Positions 30,188 to 40,390 of a DNA stretch of 64,000 nt are shown here, one piece after another. Position numbers and translations under genes: made by a program. Numbering within the stretch: the stretch's first letter is position 1; every line of letters begins with the position of its first letter. The stretch is from an uncultured Aliarcobacter sp. GTDB taxonomy: Bacteria; Campylobacterota; Campylobacteria; Campylobacterales; Arcobacteraceae. The stretch is taken from positions 1,568,001-1,632,000 of the forward strand of contig OY781945.1 in NCBI GenBank assembly GCA_963677435.1, written 5' to 3'. Below the pieces are notes generated by a model. It was not told the DNA's origin, ran no database searches, and saw nothing but the letters and a program-made list of their open reading frames with translations.

Positions 30188-30309
30188 ATAAATAATATTT
30201 TATTTTATTGAATTCACTATCTTTCTTTTGTAAATATTAAAATATTTTTTATATAAAATTAACATTATTATTATATAATATTAACTAAATATAATTTTGG
30301 AGATATAAA

Positions 30310-30546
30310 ATGAGTATAATGCAAAGACCATATCCTACTTTGGGTTCTAGTAGAATTCGTAATTATTATGATTGGGAAAAATCTATGGAACCTAAGACTT
30401 TAGAAAGACATAAATGGTTGGGTAAGACATGGACAGATTTGTATTTTCAGAATCAAGGAGATGAGTTTTTGAGGAATTTATCTACAGAAGAAATTATGAA
30501 AACAAAGTGGTTTGAAAAATATGGTGTTAAAGAGCCAATATTTTAA
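30310..30546 (+). CDS. Small hypothetical protein (78 aa)
   Basis: GGAG SD; ORF is GC-richer than its very AT-rich flanks. Confidence 0.65.
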   Translation: MSIMQRPYPTLGSSRIRNYYDWEKSMEPKTLERHKWLGKTWTDLYFQNQGDEFLRNLSTEEIMKTKWFEKYGVKEPIF

Positions 30547-30629
30547 TTATATAAATCTTATGTATTTATTACATGAAATTAACTTATATAATTAATTAAA
30601 TTTTAATTTATTGAGACAATATAAGGATT

Positions 30630-31337
30630 GTGATGTCAAAAAGTCAAGCAGATATTTTTGAAAACAAATTATTAAAAATAATAAAAGATAAAAGTAATAT
30701 TTATGATTTTATAGTTGAATATATTAATGATAAGTCTTATGGAACATTTAGAATTTTTTCTAAGAGACTAAAAGAATTAAATCAAAAATTGTTTGATGAA
30801 AAATTTATTAGCGAAGAAGATTACAAAAAAATAAATTATGCTATAAGTAATAAATCAAAAATGAGAAATCCTGAAGTAATATTTGATATGGAAGGATTTT
30901 TAAAAAAATATTTATTATATTTTGAAGTTAACAAAAATGATAATAGAAATCTTTTAAATATTCTTTTTTTAATGTTGCCTTTTTTATATCTTAAAACTTT
31001 TAAAGATATACAAAATATTAGAATTAAAGATATTGAAATATTAGAGTTTAATAAATGTATTGTTATTAAACATACAAATTTTTTAACAAATGATATTCAA
31101 ACAGTTAAGATGGGGAAATTTTATAAAGAGTGGTTATCTCTTTTTAATTTAATCAAAACAAATAAAAAGGAAAAATTTTTATTTGCAAATGCAAGTTCAA
31201 ACTATACATTGTTTAATCAAAAACTTGATCCATATCTTTGTAATTTTACCAATAAAGAAACAAGTGATACCAAATATATAACTTTAGTTAAAAATGCTTT
31301 GAAATACTCTAAAAAATCGATTTTTGAGATTTTATAA
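30630..31337 (+). CDS. Hypothetical protein, weak resemblance to a degenerate tyrosine recombinase
   Basis: 235-aa ORF with AAGGA SD; LFLMLPFLYLKTFKDIQNIRIKDIEI recalls integrase box I without the Arg. Confidence 0.55.
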   Translation: MMSKSQADIFENKLLKIIKDKSNIYDFIVEYINDKSYGTFRIFSKRLKELNQKLFDEKFISEEDYKKINYAISNKSKMRNPEVIFDMEGFLKKYLLYFEVNKNDNRNLLNILFLMLPFLYLKTFKDIQNIRIKDIEILEFNKCIVIKHTNFLTNDIQTVKMGKFYKEWLSLFNLIKTNKKEKFLFANASSNYTLFNQKLDPYLCNFTNKETSDTKYITLVKNALKYSKKSIFEIL

Positions 31338-31352
31338 AAGAGTTAAAAAAGA

Positions 31353-33011
31353 TTATAAAATCTTTTTTAACTGATTTTTTATGATAACTGGCACAAAAAA
31401 CATAGAAACAACATAAGAGATTAAAGTTCCACCAATTAGTGCAACTCCAAGACCTCCAAATACTGCGTCATTTGCTATTAATGCACTTGCGAATACCATG
31501 GTTAGAACCGTAAGAATAATTGGCTTAGAACGAGTTGCTGTGGCTTTTGCAATTGCTTCATTAATACTCAAATTTTTTTCAACTATAAGTTGTTTTGAAA
31601 AATCTATAATTAAAGTGGAATTTCTTGAGTTTATTCCAATAAGTCCTATAAATCCTATAAGTGAAGTGGCTGTTAAATAAAAAGTATCAGCTGTAAACAG
31701 ATCCATAATTACATGGGCAAAAATAACTCCAATTATTGAAATAAAACTTGATAATACAATTCCACCTGAAAGTGCAAAACTTTTGTAATACATAACCATT
31801 AAAAAGAAGATTAAAACTAAAGCTATTATAAATGCTCCACCTAAATCTATAAAAGTATCAATGGTTACTTTTAACTCCCCATCAAATACTAAATCAAACT
31901 TCTCTTTTGTTTTTTTATCCACAAATGATAGGTTTAACATATTTGTTTTTGTCACAATATAATCTTTTGACAAAGAGTTTAGCATCTCATCCCTTGCATT
32001 TAAAAGGGGATAAATTTGGCTATCTTTATTTGTTTCTGCAATTACATTTATCATTAAATTTAAATTTTTTGATGTAATTGTTGGCTCTTTGATAATCTCT
32101 TTTATTTTTACAAATTCAGAGATACTAACCATGTTACCTTGTTTATTCATAATTTTTAAAGTTTGAAGTTTTGCTTTTAAATCATCTGCTGTTGAGTTTT
32201 CTAATAATCTTGAATCATTGAGTCTTAAGAAAATTGGAATCTGATTTTGAGCATTACTTTGATTTATAACTGATACTTTCATTCCCTCAAAAGCTAAAAA
32301 AAGTATATTTTTTATTTGTTCTAAATCTACATTGCTCATAATTGCTTTTGAATTATCAAGTTCAAGTTCATACATAACAAAATCTTTGTCAGCTAAAATA
32401 TCAATATCAACCAAAGTTGTTTGATTTTTAAGTATTTGAGCTATCTTTAAAGCAAAATCTCTTCTACTTTGAAAAGTATTTCCCCCATAAATTTCCGTCA
32501 CGATTGAAGCTAAAACAGGAGGACCAGCTGGAAGTTCAATAAATTTTATATTTGCATCATATAAAGAAGAACAGTTCTTTTGAACTTCGTCTCTTAGTTG
32601 ACTTACAAGATTGTAACTTGTGATATTTCTATCTTCTTGTTTTAAAATATTTACCATCATTTCAGCTTGTGATTCTTTGTCTTTTAGTGCACTTTGTTTC
32701 ACAAGTGCTGCAAAATCAAGAGGTTGACCTTCACCAATAAATGCAGATATATTTGTAATATTTTTATCTTTTTGAAGATGTTCTGCAATACATTGGGTAA
32801 CTTCTTTTGTTTGATTTATACTTGAACCATCTTTTAAATCCACATAAATAGAAAAAGTATCTGAATCCTTACTTGGAAGCATTTTTGCTTTTATGATTTG
32901 TGTTGGAAAAGTAGCAAGACTTAAAATAAACAAAACTAAAGTAATAAAATAAACCAGATAAGATTTAAAAGGACTTTGTAAAATACTGTAAATAAATTTT
33001 TCTAATCTCAT
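31353..33011 (-). CDS. RND efflux permease, C-terminal half
   Basis: PAGPP, SLIGFIGLIGINSRNSTLIIDF, TRSKPIILT; own SD AGGA. Confidence 0.88.
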   Translation of the reverse strand: MRLEKFIYSILQSPFKSYLVYFITLVLFILSLATFPTQIIKAKMLPSKDSDTFSIYVDLKDGSSINQTKEVTQCIAEHLQKDKNITNISAFIGEGQPLDFAALVKQSALKDKESQAEMMVNILKQEDRNITSYNLVSQLRDEVQKNCSSLYDANIKFIELPAGPPVLASIVTEIYGGNTFQSRRDFALKIAQILKNQTTLVDIDILADKDFVMYELELDNSKAIMSNVDLEQIKNILFLAFEGMKVSVINQSNAQNQIPIFLRLNDSRLLENSTADDLKAKLQTLKIMNKQGNMVSISEFVKIKEIIKEPTITSKNLNLMINVIAETNKDSQIYPLLNARDEMLNSLSKDYIVTKTNMLNLSFVDKKTKEKFDLVFDGELKVTIDTFIDLGGAFIIALVLIFFLMVMYYKSFALSGGIVLSSFISIIGVIFAHVIMDLFTADTFYLTATSLIGFIGLIGINSRNSTLIIDFSKQLIVEKNLSINEAIAKATATRSKPIILTVLTMVFASALIANDAVFGGLGVALIGGTLISYVVSMFFVPVIIKNQLKKIL

Positions 33012-33019
33012 ATAAAATC

Positions 33020-34588
33020 CTATAAAAATTTTCTAACTAAATAAGGTGTAAATGCATAAGCTACAAAAAGTGACATGGCTAAAGAAATAGGAACAAAAAC
33101 AGGAAGAGGGTGCATAAATTGCCCCATCATCCCACCTACAAAAAACATAGGAATAAAAGTCATTATAATGGCTATTGTTGCTATATTTGTAGCATTTCCT
33201 ATCTCATTTGTAGCATTTATTGAAACAATAGATATATCCATGCTAGGTGATTCTTTCTTGTGCCTATGAATATTTTCAATTACAATAATTGCTGCATCCA
33301 CTAACATTCCTAAAGATACAATAAGAGCAAAAAGTGTAATTCTATTTATTGTTTCCCCAAGAATAAATCCTGTAAAAAGTGTCAAAGATAAAATCATAGG
33401 AACCATTAAAGACACAATCATTGCTTCTTTTAATCCAAGTGTAAAAATTAATAAAATAGCAATAATAACAATAGAGATAAAAAGATTTGATACAAGATCA
33501 TTTACCGCGTTATTTGCTGTATATCCATCATCTCTTGTGATAATATATCTAATGTTTTTAGCTAATAATTCATCTTTTATAGAATCCATATAAGCAAAAA
33601 TCTCTTTATTTATAGTTACAGAATTACTTCCTTTTAGTTTCGAAGCTGTTAGTGTAATTTGTTCGGTTTGTTCAAAATCTTCAATAACATCTCTTGTATA
33701 AAGTAAAGCCTCTTTTTTATTTTGGATTTCATAAGATTTTTCTACTTTTGCTATATCTTTTAGATAAACAGGAGTTTGAAAATTATAAGAGATAATTAGA
33801 TTTTCCAAATCATTTACATTTTCAATTGCTTGTTTTATTCCAAAAACTACAAGAGAAGAGTTTTGAGTATTTGTTGTTATATTTGGAGTTTTATATGAAA
33901 GAGCCTGAATTTGTTTCATAACTTGGCCCAAAGAAAGATTGTAAGCTGATAATTTATTTGCATCAACCATTACATTAAATTGTTCTTTTTTTTCACCTTT
34001 TAAATCTACTAAAGCTACATCTTTAATCTTATTTATCTCTTTTGTAATCTTACTTACTTCATTGTAAAGTTGAGTTTGAGAAATAGCATCTTTATCATTA
34101 AGTTTATTTATTTTATTTGCATAAAATGCAATTGTAGCTATTGGAATATCTGTATCTATATCCATTGTTTTAATTATGGGTTGCATTGCATTTTGGGGCA
34201 TTAAATCCATATTTCTCATAACTTGATCATAAAGTTTTAGGTTAGATTCTTCTTTGTCTTGTCCTATAAAATATTGAACTTGTACGATTCCCACTGAATC
34301 TTTTGCAAATGAGTAGATATTTTCAACACCTTTTATCTCTTTTATTTTCTTTTCAAGTGGTTCAATTATCACCTTTTGTATTTCGCTAGGCTTTGCTCCT
34401 GGAAGTGCTACGATTACTACTCCACCACTTACTTTGATTTGAGGATTTTCTTCCCTTGGCATAACAATTAGTGAAATATATCCTAAGGCTAAAATAAAAA
34501 TACCCAAAATAAAAGTTAAAGGATGATTTATAAAAATAAGAGATAATCTTCCTGCTATATTTAGATCTTTATTTAAATTATTGTTCAT
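33020..34588 (-). CDS. RND efflux permease, N-terminal half
   Basis: PREENPQI, LPGA..EIQ...EPLE, INRITLFAL...MLVDAAIIVIEN, GMMGQFMHP. Confidence 0.9.
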   Translation of the reverse strand: MNNNLNKDLNIAGRLSLIFINHPLTFILGIFILALGYISLIVMPREENPQIKVSGGVVIVALPGAKPSEIQKVIIEPLEKKIKEIKGVENIYSFAKDSVGIVQVQYFIGQDKEESNLKLYDQVMRNMDLMPQNAMQPIIKTMDIDTDIPIATIAFYANKINKLNDKDAISQTQLYNEVSKITKEINKIKDVALVDLKGEKKEQFNVMVDANKLSAYNLSLGQVMKQIQALSYKTPNITTNTQNSSLVVFGIKQAIENVNDLENLIISYNFQTPVYLKDIAKVEKSYEIQNKKEALLYTRDVIEDFEQTEQITLTASKLKGSNSVTINKEIFAYMDSIKDELLAKNIRYIITRDDGYTANNAVNDLVSNLFISIVIIAILLIFTLGLKEAMIVSLMVPMILSLTLFTGFILGETINRITLFALIVSLGMLVDAAIIVIENIHRHKKESPSMDISIVSINATNEIGNATNIATIAIIMTFIPMFFVGGMMGQFMHPLPVFVPISLAMSLFVAYAFTPYLVRKFL

Positions 34589-34596
34589 TTATTTTC

Positions 34597-35349
34597 CTAT
34601 TTTATATTCATTGAAATTTTTGAATACATTCCTGGATAAATATTGTAATTTTCTTTATTAAAAGAGATTTTAATTACAAAAGAGTGGGTCATTTCTGTTG
34701 TATTTGGAATAATAGCTTCTATTTTACCTTTTGTTTTAAAATTTTGTGAAGGAATTTCAATATCAACTTCTTGATTTATTTTTACATCATTTAGATTTGT
34801 TTCAGAAATATCAGCTTTTATTAAAAGAGATGATAAATCAGTAAGAACCAAAGCTGGGAAACTAGGCATTGCCATTTCACCTGCTTTTATTGATTTTTTT
34901 ATAATTAATCCATCATTTGGAGCTTTGATTTTTAGATAATCATATTGAGTATTTATCTCTTTTAATTTTGCTTTTGTAATTGCTATCATATTTTTTGTAT
35001 TAAGTAGGTTTAATTCAATTTGTTCTAAATCATATTTTGAAACTAAATCTTGCTCTTGTAATCTTTTATATCTGCTGTGATTTAGTTCTATATTTTGAAG
35101 TTGATTTTGTTGAATTTGAAGACTTAATTCTAACTCTTTTTTATTTGAATCAATAGAAGAAGAGTCAATTTCATATAAAATATCACCTTTTTTAACTTTT
35201 GAGCCTTCATTTACATAAACCTCTTTTATAAAACCCATATTTCTACTTGAGATTACTTTTTCATTATCAGAAACTACAGTTCCTGAAAGTTCAAGTTGTG
35301 ATGCAAATAGATTTACACAAAAAATAGTTGTTAATAGTATTTTTATCAT
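34597..35349 (-). CDS. RND periplasmic adaptor (membrane fusion protein)
   Basis: VNEGSKVKKGDILY lipoyl-like motif, IKAPNDG, PGMY. Confidence 0.92.
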   Translation of the reverse strand: MIKILLTTIFCVNLFASQLELSGTVVSDNEKVISSRNMGFIKEVYVNEGSKVKKGDILYEIDSSSIDSNKKELELSLQIQQNQLQNIELNHSRYKRLQEQDLVSKYDLEQIELNLLNTKNMIAITKAKLKEINTQYDYLKIKAPNDGLIIKKSIKAGEMAMPSFPALVLTDLSSLLIKADISETNLNDVKINQEVDIEIPSQNFKTKGKIEAIIPNTTEMTHSFVIKISFNKENYNIYPGMYSKISMNIK

Positions 35350-36698
35350 TAGTTATTTTCCTTATTTATATTTTTTCCTAAAGCAAGATTTATTTTAGCT
35401 AGTGCTAAAGATTTTTCATATCTAGCTTCAATCAATAAAGCTTCTTGTTTTCTATAATTTGCCTCTTGTGAAAGTAGGGTTGTCATTGAAATCAGATGAT
35501 TTTGATATAAAAGTTTTGATTGTTCTAATACTTCATTTGCAAGATTTTTAGCTTCCATTTTTTCTTTTAGAATTTTCTCTTTTGTTTCAAGATTTAAAGT
35601 GGTCTTTTTTAGTTCTAATTTTATGGCATCTTTTAGTTTTTCTTTATTTAATGAAGCTTTAGCATACTCAATTTTACTTTTTTGTTTTTCAATATCTCTT
35701 GTATCATCAAATAAAGTAAGATTTACTCCCACAAGTGCCATATAGTAGTCTTTATCATCATTTAAAGTTAAGGTATCATCATTAAATCCATATTCTAAAT
35801 GGGAATAAACGCTAGGATAATAAGCTGAGTTTGCAATATCAATATTTTTTTTACTAGCATTGATTTGAATATCTTGTATTTTAATCTCATCTCTATTTTC
35901 TAAAGCTTGAGTATAAAGCAGATTTTCTTGTGGTATATCAAAACTTATATTTTCAAGAGTTCCCACATCACTTATTGAATCATCTGATGATAAAAATCTT
36001 AAATATGCTAAGGCTAATTCAAAATTATTCTTAGCTTCAATTAATTGAGCATTTATATTTAATTCATAAACTTTTGCTTCGTTTACATCTATTTTAGTAG
36101 TTAAGCCCTCTTTATGAAAAGCAAGTGCAGATTTTGAAATTTGCATTATTGCAACTTTGGCTTTTTCCAAAGCTTTTGTAAAATCCTTTGCAACGACTGC
36201 ACTATTGTAAGCTTTTAAAACTTCTAAACTTAACTCTTTTTTGTCAAGATTGTATTTTATCTCATTTGCTTTTTCTTGAAGTCTCAAAATATCTTTTTGA
36301 TTTGAGAGCTTAAAACCTGTAAATAAAGGAATTTCATAAATTAGTTTAGTATTAAAGTTGTTTCTAGCATCTGGATAGTTTAAATCTTTGGGTTGAACAT
36401 CCATTCCCTCATTTTGTTGTGAAAATCCAAAATCTCTAAAAGTAGCTTCCCTTGAAGATAATTTCGAATTAAAAACATATCCTGCATGATTTGTTCTGCT
36501 TATTTCTTCTGTTATTGAAAGTTTCCCATAATTTATAGAGTCAATCATTTTTGAATCTAGTTTTGATGAGTCTAAATTTAGTTCTTGTTGTTTTAAATCT
36601 TTACTATTTTTTAAAGTTTGTTCTAAAACTTCATCAAAGTTTACACTTTGAGCATAAGTTAAAGAGGCAAGTAATAAAGATAAATAAATCTTATGCAT
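35349..36698 (-). CDS. TolC family outer membrane protein
   Basis: Signal peptide, PLFTGF, SAYYPSV, helical repeats; first gene of the RND operon. Confidence 0.9.
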   Translation of the reverse strand: MHKIYLSLLLASLTYAQSVNFDEVLEQTLKNSKDLKQQELNLDSSKLDSKMIDSINYGKLSITEEISRTNHAGYVFNSKLSSREATFRDFGFSQQNEGMDVQPKDLNYPDARNNFNTKLIYEIPLFTGFKLSNQKDILRLQEKANEIKYNLDKKELSLEVLKAYNSAVVAKDFTKALEKAKVAIMQISKSALAFHKEGLTTKIDVNEAKVYELNINAQLIEAKNNFELALAYLRFLSSDDSISDVGTLENISFDIPQENLLYTQALENRDEIKIQDIQINASKKNIDIANSAYYPSVYSHLEYGFNDDTLTLNDDKDYYMALVGVNLTLFDDTRDIEKQKSKIEYAKASLNKEKLKDAIKLELKKTTLNLETKEKILKEKMEAKNLANEVLEQSKLLYQNHLISMTTLLSQEANYRKQEALLIEARYEKSLALAKINLALGKNINKENN

Positions 36699-36995
36699 TA
36701 AATAATCCTATACGGGTTTAAATTTTTACTATTATACAGCAATAAAAGGTAACTGTAGCAATTAAATTATAAAAATTAATTATATAAGATATATTCTTAA
36801 ATATTATAATATGTAATTAATTGAAGATTTAAAAGATAAAAAATAGATTGAAAAACTGCTTCATAAATGTTTGAAATAATTGTAAAAGAATAAAAAGTGA
36901 GTTAAAAGTCGTAAATGGAAGTTTAGAGTATGAAAATAAGTTGCTATTATGCAAACTTTATTTTCATTTTACTATTAAATAAATTTAATAGGTAG

Positions 36996-37724
36996 TTATT
37001 TAAAGGATTGGGCTAGATTTCCTATAATTAGCTGCCAACCATCAATTATGATAAAAAAGATGATTTTAATAGGTAAGGAGATCATAACTGGTGGAAGCAT
37101 CATCATCCCTAAACTCATTAATATGGATGCTACAATAATATCAATTACTAGAAAAGGTAAGAAGATTAAGAATCCAATTTCAAAAGCAGTTCTTAGCTCA
37201 CTTACTATAAACGATGGCATTAAAAGTGTTAAAGGAACATCATCTATATTTTTAGGATTTGGCTCTTTTTTAATTCTATAAAATAGTGCTAAATCAGATT
37301 CTCTAGTGTTTTTTATCATAAATTCTTTAAAGGGCTGAATCCCTTTTTGAAAGGCAACTTCATAACCTATTTTTTCGTCCATGTAAGGTTTTATACCTTC
37401 TTCCCAAGATTTCTTTCCATAGGGTTCCATTATAAATATTGTTAATATCAATGATAATGAGATTACTATTTGAGTAGGAGGTGTTTGTTGTAAACCCATA
37501 GCTTGTCTCAAAAGTGAAAATACTATAATAAGTCTTGTAAAAGATGTAACCATTAGTATTAGTGTCGGTGCTAATACCATTAGCGTTAAAATAAGAGCTA
37601 TATTAATAGTTTTTACAAACTGCGCAGGTTCATTTATACCTGAAACAGAAAGATTAACTATAGGCGCTGTATCTGCTGCAAAGGCAAAAATAGAAAGTAG
37701 TAAAAGGGTGATTATAAATTTCAA
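36996..37724 (-). CDS. fliP: Flagellar export pore protein FliP
   Basis: TSFTRLIIV, QQTPP, SELRTAFEIGF, GMMMLPP, DGW. Confidence 0.97.
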   Translation of the reverse strand: MKFIITLLLLSIFAFAADTAPIVNLSVSGINEPAQFVKTINIALILTLMVLAPTLILMVTSFTRLIIVFSLLRQAMGLQQTPPTQIVISLSLILTIFIMEPYGKKSWEEGIKPYMDEKIGYEVAFQKGIQPFKEFMIKNTRESDLALFYRIKKEPNPKNIDDVPLTLLMPSFIVSELRTAFEIGFLIFLPFLVIDIIVASILMSLGMMMLPPVMISLPIKIIFFIIIDGWQLIIGNLAQSFK

Positions 37725-37793
37725 AAGAAATCCTATTTTAAAAATAAAAAATATAGTATCTAAAACTTTATTAAAATGATATAATCATTAATT

Positions 37794-39572
37794 TTACTCT
37801 TTAGGTTTTATATAACCTAATTCATCCAATTTATCGTAAATCTTGCTTACAATTTCACCTGCAGCTTCTCCACCATGTCCACCATGTTCTTCTATTATCG
37901 TTACAACATACTGAGGATTTTCAAATGGTCCATAAGTTGTAATCCAAGCATGAGATCTTTCATAATATTGTAATTCACTCTCTTTCATTCTTACTTTTTC
38001 AGCTTGAGGAATTGATACAACTTGAGCAGTTCCTGTTTTTGCCGCAATTGTAATTTTAGAGTTAATATGTCTACTAGCTGTTCCTTTTGGTGCATAAGAA
38101 ACATCATACATACCTTTTCTGATAATATCTAAATATTCAGATGGAATATCTACAGTTTTTGGTTCTTCATAATTTGCTTTATAAAAGTGAGGTTTAGGTA
38201 ATTTTCCTGTTGCAATATAACTTGTATATCTAGCTATTTGTAAAGGAGTTACTAGCATATTTCCTTGACCTATTGATGTAATTACTGTTTCTCCAACATA
38301 CCAAGGTTGCTTATATTTATTCTCTTTCCACTCTTTATTTGGGTTAACTCCCACAAATTCATTTATTTGATCAACTCCTGTTTGTTGACCAAAACCTAAT
38401 TTATCTAATGTATGAGAAATTTTATTAATACCAATTTTTAAACTACCTTTATAAAAAAAGTCATCACAACTTTCAGCTATTGCTCTTCTAAAAGTTACAA
38501 CTCCATGTCCTGTTGATTTCCAACATCTAAAGTTTCTATTTCCAATAGTTAATGATCCTGAACAATTAACTGTAAAATTTTCTTTTACACCATTATCTAA
38601 AAATGCTAATGCAACTCCCATTTTAATAACAGAACCAGGAGGATAAAGACCATTTATAATTTTATTTGTAAATGGATGATTAAAATCATTTCTCATCTCA
38701 TTCCACTCTTTTACTGAAATTCCACGAGCAAAAATATTATTATCAAATTCTGGAAAAGAAGCTGATGCTAATATTTCTCCATTATTAGAATTCATTACAA
38801 CAACTGCACCACTTTTTCCTGTAAATATCTCTTGAATATATTTTTGTAATCTTATATCTAATGATATTTGGATGTTATTATCAATCGAAGCTGGTTTTTC
38901 ATTTAAAATTTCTATTTCTTGATTTAAAGCATTTACTTTTACATCTTTATAACCCATTTCACCTTGCAGTTTTGTGTTATAAAATTTTTCTAAACCATTT
39001 TTACCAATTATTCCATTATAAGTTGATAATTCATTATTTAATATATCAAGTTTTGAAGCTTTTCCAACATATCCAATAATATGTGAAGCTACCTCTTTTT
39101 GAGGGTAATATCTTTTTGTAGAAGATTCGATTTTAATATCTTCTTTTGATGATAAAATTGTATATTTAGGAAAAAACTCTTTATAAGGGATATAATCTAC
39201 AATACTTATGAAATCATGATTATACGATGAGTCATTTCTTTTATACTCTTTTATTAATTTGTCTTTTTCAAATTGAGGAAACTCTTTTATAATAGAATCT
39301 ACGATTTGTTCTAGTTTCTCTTTATGTTTATAAGAGCTTAAATGTGGTCTAATAAGAATAGAAAAGCCCATTTCATTAATAGCTAATTTCTCACCATTTC
39401 TATCTTCTATCATTCCTCTAATTGGCACTTTGTTGATTCTTTTTATGTAATTATTTTTTGATAATTCTTCATAATAAGTGTTTGATTTAATACTTAAAAA
39501 ATAGACCCTTGATAATAAAGTTATCATGATTCCAAGTATTATTAAAAAAATTAGTGTTAGTCTTATATTCAA
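37794..39572 (-). CDS. mrdA: Penicillin-binding protein 2
   Basis: PIRGMIEDRNG, YPPGSVIK (SxxK), SCD, KTGTAQ. Confidence 0.95.
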   Translation of the reverse strand: MNIRLTLIFLIILGIMITLLSRVYFLSIKSNTYYEELSKNNYIKRINKVPIRGMIEDRNGEKLAINEMGFSILIRPHLSSYKHKEKLEQIVDSIIKEFPQFEKDKLIKEYKRNDSSYNHDFISIVDYIPYKEFFPKYTILSSKEDIKIESSTKRYYPQKEVASHIIGYVGKASKLDILNNELSTYNGIIGKNGLEKFYNTKLQGEMGYKDVKVNALNQEIEILNEKPASIDNNIQISLDIRLQKYIQEIFTGKSGAVVVMNSNNGEILASASFPEFDNNIFARGISVKEWNEMRNDFNHPFTNKIINGLYPPGSVIKMGVALAFLDNGVKENFTVNCSGSLTIGNRNFRCWKSTGHGVVTFRRAIAESCDDFFYKGSLKIGINKISHTLDKLGFGQQTGVDQINEFVGVNPNKEWKENKYKQPWYVGETVITSIGQGNMLVTPLQIARYTSYIATGKLPKPHFYKANYEEPKTVDIPSEYLDIIRKGMYDVSYAPKGTASRHINSKITIAAKTGTAQVVSIPQAEKVRMKESELQYYERSHAWITTYGPFENPQYVVTIIEEHGGHGGEAAGEIVSKIYDKLDELGYIKPKE

Positions 39573-40009
39573 AGAAATACTCCAAAAAATATTAAATCTA
39601 TAATTATATTAATAGCTAATGTAATTAAAATATGTGTGTTTAGTCCAAAAATAATTGACCAAAGAATTAATAAGCCAATATAAAAAAATATTATATAAAT
39701 ATAACTGCTTGATAAATTATAAGATGTATGTTTTTCATCTTTAGGTAGAATAAAAATATAGATAAAAAGTGACAGAAGTGTCAAAGTAAATGGTTTTAAA
39801 CCTGTATTTATTTCAATAAATAAAAATGCAATTACTACAAAAGTCAAAGAGTATAAATATCTTTTTCTAAGACATCTATAAAAAGCAGTAAACAAGATAC
39901 CCGCGAACATAATTAATAAAAAATGTATAGAAGCAATGGCATTAATTGTAATTGCTATAAGTAGTACAATAAATAAGAAAATTGGATTATCTAGATTGTT
40001 TCTTGTCAT
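39569..40009 (-). CDS. Integral membrane protein, putative MreD-like
   Basis: Highly hydrophobic 146 aa overlapping the pbp2 start; assignment by position only. Confidence 0.6.
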   Translation of the reverse strand: MTRNNLDNPIFLFIVLLIAITINAIASIHFLLIMFAGILFTAFYRCLRKRYLYSLTFVVIAFLFIEINTGLKPFTLTLLSLFIYIFILPKDEKHTSYNLSSSYIYIIFFYIGLLILWSIIFGLNTHILITLAINIIIDLIFFGVFL

Positions 40010-40071
40010 ATAAATTTTATGCTTTATTTTTGATTATCAAAGATTATAGTATAAAAAATCTTATAGGAATA

Positions 40072-40389
40072 TCAAATATTATTTGTGCTTCTTTCTTTTA
40101 TTTTTTCATTTATATTATTTTTATTTTTTGATAGGTCATATATATAAGAAAATATTTCAGCAACGGCTTTATACATAGAATCAGGAATCTCTTTATCAAT
40201 ATCAATTTGGGATAAAAGTTCTATTAAATCTTCATCTTTTTTAATTGGAATATTATTTTCTTTTGCAATTTTGATAATATTTGTAGCAGTTTCTCCTTTT
40301 CCTTTTGCAATAACTTTTGGAGCATTATCTTTTTCTATATCATATTTTAGTGCAACTGATTTTTGAATGAAATTTTTATTATCTTGCAT
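40072..40389 (-). CDS. FlhB C-terminal domain-like (EscU/YscU/HrcU) protein
   Basis: VALKYD...APKVIAKGKG...IP..MYKAVAEI. Confidence 0.9.
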   Translation of the reverse strand: MQDNKNFIQKSVALKYDIEKDNAPKVIAKGKGETATNIIKIAKENNIPIKKDEDLIELLSQIDIDKEIPDSMYKAVAEIFSYIYDLSKNKNNINEKIKERSTNNI

Positions 40390-40390
40390 T

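Noticed and set aside
30430..30460. DLYFQNQG resembling a TEV protease site
   Set aside because: Coincidental partial match with no biological context.
36930..36967. Imperfect inverted repeat downstream of fliP
   Set aside because: Two bulges and AT-rich; possibly a weak terminator but not well supported.
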